A DNA stretch of 64,000 nucleotides from a virus: the IMG/VR virus record IMGVR_UViG_3300034122_002202, positions 77,810 through 141,809 of that record, one strand, 5' to 3'. This document shows positions 57,811 to 64,000 of this stretch, one piece after another (the first letter of the stretch is position 1; every line of letters begins with the position of its first letter). The translations under genes and the position numbers were made by a program. Under the pieces are notes generated by a model that had not been told where the DNA came from, searched no databases, and saw only the letters and a program-made list of their open reading frames with translations.

Positions 57811-57952
57811 CTTCTTTTCTTGATACTTTGATGATTCCATTTTCAACTATTACTTTTACATTAATATTATTTTCATCTGTATCTATACCGATAGATTTTA
57901 ACATCTCATTTGTAAATATAATTGTATATGCATCATCATTGTCCATTTTCAT
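57800..57952 (-). CDS. Small AbrB/MazE-like protein (50 aa, not in the ORF track)
   Basis: Manual translation MKMDNDDAYTIIFTNEMLKSIGIDTDENNINVKVIVENGIIKVSRKEDVV. Confidence 0.45.
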   Translation of the reverse strand: MKMDNDDAYTIIFTNEMLKSIGIDTDENNINVKVIVENGIIKVSRKEDVV

Positions 57953-58018
57953 TTCTCATTTGTATAAGCATGACATTCAATGTTTTTCTTATACAAATAA
58001 ATACCCCATGATTATTGT

Positions 58019-58219
58019 TTATAAACAATCCCATAGTTTCTTATTGGTATCCCAATCAGGAACTTGTCTTTCATCTATGCTCACATTAGCCCAATGGTTT
58101 TGCATTTCTGATTGATGAGTTCTTATAGCTTCTTCGAGCTTTTTAATTCTTTCGTCTTGTAATGTAAAGAAATGTTGCAATTGCCAATTAAATTCTTTTA
58201 GGGTATCTAATTCATTCAT
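58019..58219 (-). CDS. Hypothetical protein
   Basis: 66 aa; TAATG coupling. Confidence 0.65.
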   Translation of the reverse strand: MNELDTLKEFNWQLQHFFTLQDERIKKLEEAIRTHQSEMQNHWANVSIDERQVPDWDTNKKLWDCL

Positions 58220-58620
58220 TACTTTTTCTCCTTACACTTAAAGCATTCAACAATATGTTCGCTGTTAATTTTATCAACAGTATCATCTATGATAGCCCTG
58301 TGACCACACTCTAGCTCAACACTCCATTTGTTTGGAGATACTGGCCTAAGTTCTTTATAATTACCAAGAGTATTCATGACAAAGCAGCTAAGTTCATTGT
58401 CTGTTTCTGCATCATGTGCCTTAATAGTCAGAATACAAACATTAGCACTTCCAACTTTATCATAATGACAAACGCCTTTTACAGTAAATTGTGAATCAAT
58501 GTACTTTTTAGCAATATCTTTTGCTGCTACTTTGTTTTTAAGTAAAACATTTATGGTGTCATCACTTAAAAAAATCATATAACTTTTGCCATTAATTTTA
58601 ATCTTTGCTGTTGTGTCCAT
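58219..58620 (-). CDS. Hypothetical protein with a KWSVELECGH Zn module
   Basis: AAGGAG RBS; paralogous to 51857..52276. Confidence 0.7.
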   Translation of the reverse strand: MDTTAKIKINGKSYMIFLSDDTINVLLKNKVAAKDIAKKYIDSQFTVKGVCHYDKVGSANVCILTIKAHDAETDNELSCFVMNTLGNYKELRPVSPNKWSVELECGHRAIIDDTVDKINSEHIVECFKCKEKK

Positions 58621-58689
58621 ATGTATCTCCTTGCGTTAAAGTAAAGTGTTGTTTCTATACTATGTTATTCGTTCTTAACACACATTAGT

Positions 58690-59220
58690 TCAAATAATTC
58701 TATTGAAAACAAGCTTATTTATCATTGAATTTGAGCATAAATATGCAGTTAGTAATGATCCAACACAATAGTCAAAGCTTACTATTTCTTGACACAAAAA
58801 CCAAGATGAAATCATAAATGATAATGTATAAGATGCGTTAAACAAATTAGAAGCAAAATACCCTATTTCATATTCGTTATACATATCTTTAAATCTCCAA
58901 AATATGTTTAGGGATATAAAAGAAATTAAAAAAGAAACATTGAATGTCCAATGATAATATTGAAATGAAACTATCATCAACACAAATACTGTAGTTGCAT
59001 AAAGCAGCGAATGCTTAATTCTAGTCATTTGATTATTATCGTTGTTTACATATGATTTGATTATGTCTTGATCGTTTATTCTTTTTATCGATAAATAAAA
59101 CAAATAAACACAGCAATATTTCATATAATCATTAATGTTATTAGATGTTAAATGAAATGCTATTCTGTTAAATATAAATGGCATTAAACCAAGAAGTATT
59201 TTTTCTAAAAATAATAACAT
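58690..59220 (-). CDS. Multi-pass membrane protein
   Basis: Several hydrophobic segments; AGGAG RBS. Confidence 0.65.
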   Translation of the reverse strand: MLLFLEKILLGLMPFIFNRIAFHLTSNNINDYMKYCCVYLFYLSIKRINDQDIIKSYVNNDNNQMTRIKHSLLYATTVFVLMIVSFQYYHWTFNVSFLISFISLNIFWRFKDMYNEYEIGYFASNLFNASYTLSFMISSWFLCQEIVSFDYCVGSLLTAYLCSNSMINKLVFNRII

Positions 59221-59285
59221 ATCCTCTCCTTTTTGATTATACTTTGATTATAGTTTAACATTAATGTGCTTTGTTGCAAGGAGTT

Positions 59286-59771
59286 ATGATGGAACTTCCT
59301 ATGAGCGAAAGGACTTGTGGTGATTGTGATGTGTGTTGCAATATTTTAGAAGTTAGAGAATTGAATAAAAAATCATATAAAAACTGTGATTATAGAGCAG
59401 AAGGTGGTGGTTGTGGCATTTATAATGATAGACCTTCTATATGCAGAACTTGGAATTGTGCTTACATTTTAGGACTTATGCCAAATCAAGAAGCTTTAAG
59501 ACCAAACAATTTGGGTTTAATGTTTTATCCTGTGTCTGCCAAAAATAATGACTTGGGAATTGATATGCTAATGGGCCAAGAAGTATGGCCAAATGCTATA
59601 TATAGCAGCGATTGTCAAAAAGTAATCAATTGGCTTAAATCAACCATGATGACTATGATAAGACACTACAATAGTGAAAAATTTACTTATGTTGGGCCAG
59701 CAGATAAGGTATTAGAGTTTGAACAAAAACATGCGGAATATATGGCCAAACAACTCTCACAGGATTCATAA
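59286..59771 (+). CDS. YkgJ/CxxCxxCC cysteine-cluster protein
   Basis: CGDCDVCC...CGIYNDRPSICRTWNC. Confidence 0.82.
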   Translation: MMELPMSERTCGDCDVCCNILEVRELNKKSYKNCDYRAEGGGCGIYNDRPSICRTWNCAYILGLMPNQEALRPNNLGLMFYPVSAKNNDLGIDMLMGQEVWPNAIYSSDCQKVINWLKSTMMTMIRHYNSEKFTYVGPADKVLEFEQKHAEYMAKQLSQDS

Positions 59772-59772
59772 C

Positions 59773-60447
59773 ATGGACATTAAAACATTTTGTTCTACTT
59801 ACCTACTTCCTAAAAAAATAAATAAAGTAAGAATAGGTGCTAATCACGATGGTGGATATGTCCTTCCAGAACAATCTTTAGATGAGTGCGATTGCTGCTT
59901 AAGCTACGGATTGGCAAGAGAAACATCTTTTGAAAGCAATTACTGTGCAATTACAAAAAAAGCTTTGTTTGGATTTGATGCAAGCGTACATTATCCAAGC
60001 CCTAATTTTTTTCCAGAATATCTAAAGTCATATAATCAATTTAAAAATCATTGTGATCTTATATCTAATAGAATTAAAAATTTAAATCCAAAGATATTAG
60101 TTAAGATGGATATAGAAGGAGATGAATGGGGAATTTTAGACCAGATGGATGTTGATCACTTTAAAAATGTAGTTCATACATTTGCAATTGAAATACATTT
60201 AAAAGAAGATACTAATATAAACACATTATTTAAATTGTTTAAAGATTTTAATTTAGTTCATATACATTTAAATAACTGTTCTAAAGTTCCTTTATCGTGC
60301 GGAACTCCAAAAGTATTAGAACTAACTTTTATAAATAAAAAATATAGCGGTGGTCTTCTATTAGATAAACAAACATACCCAATTAATCTTATTGATTATA
60401 AGAACTGTTTAGAGAATGTAGATCAAAAAATACCTTGGATTATATAA
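59773..60447 (+). CDS. FkbM/Methyltransf_22-like methyltransferase
   Basis: RIGANHDGGY, LSYG, VKMDIEGDEW, HIHLNN. Confidence 0.78.
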   Translation: MDIKTFCSTYLLPKKINKVRIGANHDGGYVLPEQSLDECDCCLSYGLARETSFESNYCAITKKALFGFDASVHYPSPNFFPEYLKSYNQFKNHCDLISNRIKNLNPKILVKMDIEGDEWGILDQMDVDHFKNVVHTFAIEIHLKEDTNINTLFKLFKDFNLVHIHLNNCSKVPLSCGTPKVLELTFINKKYSGGLLLDKQTYPINLIDYKNCLENVDQKIPWII

Positions 60448-60448
60448 C

Positions 60449-61831
60449 ATGATAACTATACCCATAGCTGTACATAATGAATTCTTTAAATGGCAACTGG
60501 ATTTATTTTGGTACAATCACAAATTAATTTATGGTGATGAGGCATACAATAAAGCTATTGCAATTATAATTAAAAGAAATACATCAAAAGAAACAAAGCC
60601 AGAAACTGTAAGTTGGAATTTAGATATACCCAAAAAACTTTGCGATTCTTATTTTGATTACTTAAACATTAATGAAAATGGTTATCTTTTACCATTAAAC
60701 ATACAAATTGGATTGCTTCAAATATTAAATGAAATAGATGACAATGAAACTATTGAGCTTACAGACTGTGATATGTTTCATATTAAAAAATATGAAGATG
60801 TAGAAATTAAAGAAGATGAATTTTATGTTTGTGACATATATGAAAAATGGCATTTATTAAGCACTAATAAAAATAAGCATGTGGTTCAAAAGTATTTAAA
60901 TACCAATAGTATATTGTATAATGGTGGATTTGTACCGATAATAGGATTGTGTAAAACATTTAAAAAAATAATTGATGATTGGATTTCAATACATAAGAAC
61001 ATGGTATTAAATGATAACCATGAACACTTAGTAAAATGGTGGTCTGGAATGTATTCTTTTCAAGCTGCATGTCAAAACAACAATGTAAAAATGATATCAA
61101 AAGATTATTGCTATGTTCCAGAAATTAACGACATTTCTGAATTTCACCACATAGCTCATTACTCAGTTGATAAATTATTTAATAAAACGATTTTTCCAAA
61201 AATAAATAGTGCTATTTTTTTAAATAATCATTACTATAACACTATAAAGTTTTGGTATAACAACTCACAATGGAAATCAAAAATGATTCAACCAAAAAGA
61301 AGATGTTGGGAAGGCATACACCCATATCATCCACACGATTACACTGCTGGATTAATTAATCTTTGTAAAGAATTTATAACAAACAATATGATAGGTGTAG
61401 AAATAGGATCATTTAGAGGTGCTAGTAGTGAAGTATTTAGTTATTTTTGTAAAAAAATAACATGTGTTGATCCTTGGTCATTAGCACAAGAAAAAAGAAA
61501 TTATAATGAAATAGATTTATCATTAAGCATTAAAGCTGAAATAGAATTTGATAAAATATTAAAAAACAATAAAAATATTTTTAAGCTAAAATTGTTTAGT
61601 GACGAAGCAGTTAGTTTTTTTGATGAAAGTTCACTTGATTTTGTATATATAGATGCAGCACATGATACTTATAATTTTGAATTAGATTTTAATTTATGGA
61701 AAACAAAAGTTAAAAATGGTGGTTATATATGTGGTCATGATTATGACATGATTCAAAATAGCATAAAAAAATTAGATATAGACATAATAAAAACATATGA
61801 AGATTCTAGCTGGATAAGTATTAATAAATGA
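60449..61831 (+). CDS. Fusion of an HPAT/SRGT1-like (GT95/96-like) domain and a Methyltransf_24 domain
   Basis: N-terminal FKWQ, DCDM, WWSGMYSF; C-terminal VEIGSFRG, VYIDAAH, GGYICGHDY. Confidence 0.65.
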   Translation: MITIPIAVHNEFFKWQLDLFWYNHKLIYGDEAYNKAIAIIIKRNTSKETKPETVSWNLDIPKKLCDSYFDYLNINENGYLLPLNIQIGLLQILNEIDDNETIELTDCDMFHIKKYEDVEIKEDEFYVCDIYEKWHLLSTNKNKHVVQKYLNTNSILYNGGFVPIIGLCKTFKKIIDDWISIHKNMVLNDNHEHLVKWWSGMYSFQAACQNNNVKMISKDYCYVPEINDISEFHHIAHYSVDKLFNKTIFPKINSAIFLNNHYYNTIKFWYNNSQWKSKMIQPKRRCWEGIHPYHPHDYTAGLINLCKEFITNNMIGVEIGSFRGASSEVFSYFCKKITCVDPWSLAQEKRNYNEIDLSLSIKAEIEFDKILKNNKNIFKLKLFSDEAVSFFDESSLDFVYIDAAHDTYNFELDFNLWKTKVKNGGYICGHDYDMIQNSIKKLDIDIIKTYEDSSWISINK

Positions 61832-62047
61832 CTATTCATTTTTAATTTCGTCTTCATCAACATCTAAAACTTTCATAACATCTAATTCTTTTTTATGATA
61901 AGTTCTATAAACTGTTTTGTGTTCTTTGTAATGATCAAGAATCTTTAGGGTAACTAATTCAGTTCCAGCTTTGCTTTTCCAAACCTTGTCGAGCAAACCA
62001 ACACGAATTTTTCCATCTTTATATCCACCAACTACATACATTTTCAT
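61832..62047 (-). CDS. Hypothetical protein
   Basis: 71 aa; AGGAG RBS. Confidence 0.6.
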   Translation of the reverse strand: MKMYVVGGYKDGKIRVGLLDKVWKSKAGTELVTLKILDHYKEHKTVYRTYHKKELDVMKVLDVDEDEIKNE

Positions 62048-62307
62048 TTTTGTTCTCCTAGTTTTGCAATTTCTGATTTAATTATATCAATACAATCATC
62101 CTGCTTAAGCCTATAGATATCAAATATATTATAGGCTATTAACTTAATGTCATCCTTATTGATCTCTGGCATTGGAAGATGTTTCTTCTTTAACAAAGAT
62201 AGTTTGTGGGCAAGCATTAACTTCAAATGTTTTTTCCACTTGGGTTTAGACATTGAATATATAAATCCATTATCGCCAGATATGAACTTCTTTTTTTCTA
62301 TTGTCAT
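62044..62307 (-). CDS. Hypothetical protein
   Basis: 87 aa coupled ORF. Confidence 0.6.
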   Translation of the reverse strand: MTIEKKKFISGDNGFIYSMSKPKWKKHLKLMLAHKLSLLKKKHLPMPEINKDDIKLIAYNIFDIYRLKQDDCIDIIKSEIAKLGEQK

Positions 62308-62310
62308 AAA

Positions 62311-62472
62311 TTACCTAGCTGGAAAAACATAACAATGCCTAAAACTCACATTAACCTTTTCTATTTCTCTACTATCATACGGACTGATACTAGTAGAAAC
62401 GCTTTGCTCTATTGTTCCGCATCCAAACGCACAGATAGCAGCAAAACACATTAAAATCCTAGCGGTCATCAT
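62311..62472 (-). CDS. Small putative lipoprotein
   Basis: AGGAGG RBS; MMTARILMCFAAICAFG-C lipobox-like. Confidence 0.6.
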   Translation of the reverse strand: MMTARILMCFAAICAFGCGTIEQSVSTSISPYDSREIEKVNVSFRHCYVFPAR

Positions 62473-62501
62473 AAACCCTCCTAGTTTAGAAAAGACGAAC
62501 A

Positions 62502-62831
62502 TTATTCCTGTTCAACTTCAGCAGCAATCGGAGCTACTTCTCCATATCTTTCATTAAGTTTGGTTATATACATAAACGCATCTAAGACACTTTTATGATA
62601 TACAAGACCATTTTTTTCTTCATTTTTATCAATATATTGAGCATTAAGAATGTCTAATTTTAAGCGTAGTTCTTTTGGAATATCTGAATATTTTTGCATT
62701 GGAAATCTTTTAATATTTTGAATCCAATCCAAAATAAATTCAGCATAACTTTCATCAATGCAATTACTTTGCACCATTCGTTCAATACCTTCTATAATGC
62801 TCGATGTAATACTAATCCTTCTATTTTTCAT
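62502..62831 (-). CDS. Hypothetical protein
   Basis: Start MKNRR after AGGAGG. Confidence 0.65.
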   Translation of the reverse strand: MKNRRISITSSIIEGIERMVQSNCIDESYAEFILDWIQNIKRFPMQKYSDIPKELRLKLDILNAQYIDKNEEKNGLVYHKSVLDAFMYITKLNERYGEVAPIAAEVEQE

Positions 62832-62832
62832 A

Positions 62833-62934
62833 TCATCCTCCTTTATTAAAGTTAAGAGCAATAATCTGTATGGCAAATGCTGCCAATAAGATAAACAAAC
62901 AAAAATTTCCATGTGTTGGGTCTGATGGATACAT
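62833..62934 (-). CDS. 33-aa single-TM peptide (not in the ORF track)
   Basis: MYPSDPTHGNFCLFILLAAFAIQIIALNFNKGG; AAGGAG RBS and CGAATAATAA upstream. Confidence 0.55.
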   Translation of the reverse strand: MYPSDPTHGNFCLFILLAAFAIQIIALNFNKGG

Positions 62935-63001
62935 ATGACTCTCCTTGTGATTTTATTGTATATATTATTATTCGTAATTCAATTGAAATTATTCAAATAA
63001 A

Positions 63002-63298
63002 TTATCTTTTTGCTAGTTGTACAGATACTTCGTTTTTAAGTTCTTCCATTAGAATTTCTAGCTGTTCATCACGATCATATAAACATACTAGATTCTGAAA
63101 TGCAAAGTTTAATTTTTCAATTTCGTTTTGCAAAGAGTTAATATTTAATGGCGTTCTCAATACTGTTTTGTCTAATTTTTTAGAGTAATCATTTAATATT
63201 CTGTAAGATTCTCTAAGTGAAGATAGTAGGGCAGAAGTACAACCCTTTAGCTCTTCACCTGTTTGTTTTCTTTTCCTTGTTATAATTTTTGTTGACAT
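63002..63298 (-). CDS. Hypothetical coiled-coil protein
   Basis: 98 aa; AGGAG RBS. Confidence 0.6.
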   Translation of the reverse strand: MSTKIITRKRKQTGEELKGCTSALLSSLRESYRILNDYSKKLDKTVLRTPLNINSLQNEIEKLNFAFQNLVCLYDRDEQLEILMEELKNEVSVQLAKR

Positions 63299-63486
63299 AG
63301 TTCATTACTCCTTTTCTGTTGAAACTGTTCCCATTCTTCTTGCCACTTCCAAGGCTTAGATAAAAAGTAGATCATTCTCTTCACAGGATCATCCTTATGT
63401 TCCTTAGTGCTATAATCTCTCCACTCTCCATCATCCTTAAGGTAATTAGCCAGAGCCACTAAATTTTGTCTGTCTTCATACCACAT
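63280..63486 (-). CDS. Hypothetical protein
   Basis: 68 aa; AGGAGG RBS. Confidence 0.65.
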   Translation of the reverse strand: MWYEDRQNLVALANYLKDDGEWRDYSTKEHKDDPVKRMIYFLSKPWKWQEEWEQFQQKRSNELCQQKL

Positions 63487-63782
63487 AATTCCTCCTTTTT
63501 TGAAATAGAGTTAGCAAGTAGTTTAAATCTTTTGTTCAATTCTTTTTCCGATATTGGAAAGAAAATTATCTGAATGCTTCCGTCAAGAACATCACCCTTA
63601 GCCATATAATCAAGGTCATTGATATAAAGCATTGTGCAATTAGCAGATACTTTTTGCACGATAAGACCATCTTCAAATACATCTGTACGAATAACTAATT
63701 TCTTTTTACTTGAATGGATATGCTCTACTGCAAAGACATCTTCAAATAATTGTTTTTGACTTTCTAATTTTTTCATCGACAT
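63459..63782 (-). CDS. Hypothetical protein
   Basis: 107 aa; AGGAG RBS. Confidence 0.6.
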   Translation of the reverse strand: MSMKKLESQKQLFEDVFAVEHIHSSKKKLVIRTDVFEDGLIVQKVSANCTMLYINDLDYMAKGDVLDGSIQIIFFPISEKELNKRFKLLANSISKKEELCGMKTDKI

Positions 63783-63945
63783 ACTCCTTTAAAATCCTAT
63801 TAGCTATATTTAATGCTGATTCGCCCATTGCCCATCCTTGCATAAATATAAAACTATTTGACATTATCATTGCAAAAGCAGTTTGCTTTGTAACACCTGT
63901 TATATAACAGATATGTTCAGCTACTTCTTCTTCCCAAAAATCCAT
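63742..63945 (-). CDS. Hypothetical protein
   Basis: 67 aa, downstream of a CGAATAATAA motif. Confidence 0.6.
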   Translation of the reverse strand: MDFWEEEVAEHICYITGVTKQTAFAMIMSNSFIFMQGWAMGESALNIANRILKEYVDEKIRKSKTII

Positions 63946-64000
63946 CTCATACCTTTCTATATTATTATTCGTTTTAATCTAGAAATTATTCACCCATTCT

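Noticed and set aside
1-64000. Genome-wide stop-codon recoding, or a cellular or NCLDV origin
   Set aside because: ORFs tile densely in code 11 with all three stop codons used. SD sequences, DnaE/DnaB/DnaG, many small ORFans and the lack of cellular housekeeping operons fit a large bacteriophage.

Overview
This is an AT-rich, densely coded 64 kb segment of a large dsDNA (jumbo-type) bacteriophage genome that reads cleanly in standard code 11. A Tat-signal DUF1501-type gene and several secreted Cys-motif proteins suggest a Planctomycetota host (inference). The first 3.4 kb (+ strand) is the end of a probable virion module with Cys-rich and Ser/Thr/Pro-rich proteins. The rest, mostly on the - strand, holds: (1) a large glycosylation/methylation gene set (GT2, GT4, GT7, GT10-like, HPAT/SRGT-like, nucleotidyltransferase, degenerate GHMP kinase, methyltransferases, 2OG-Fe(II) oxygenases); (2) replication and recombination genes (SSB, DnaE split into two genes around a DEDDh exonuclease, DnaG, DnaB, intein-containing RecA, PD-(D/E)XK nucleases); (3) nucleotide metabolism genes (class II RNR with PduO, ThyX, dNMP kinase, NUDIX, PhoH); (4) host-like genes (Def, CsrA, GNAT). 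The strongest novelty candidate is a C5 cytosine methyltransferase with an altered motif X and a nested alternative-frame ORF, overlapping a CmoA-like gene that appears to have Glu at the Arg199-equivalent position. Together these could install a non-methyl DNA modification. Other highlights are a Glu-initiated class 3 intein, an unassigned structured ~290 nt RNA, a structured csrA leader and two recurring promoter-like motifs. All family calls come from recalled motifs; no searches were run. No tRNA, rRNA or CRISPR array was recognised.
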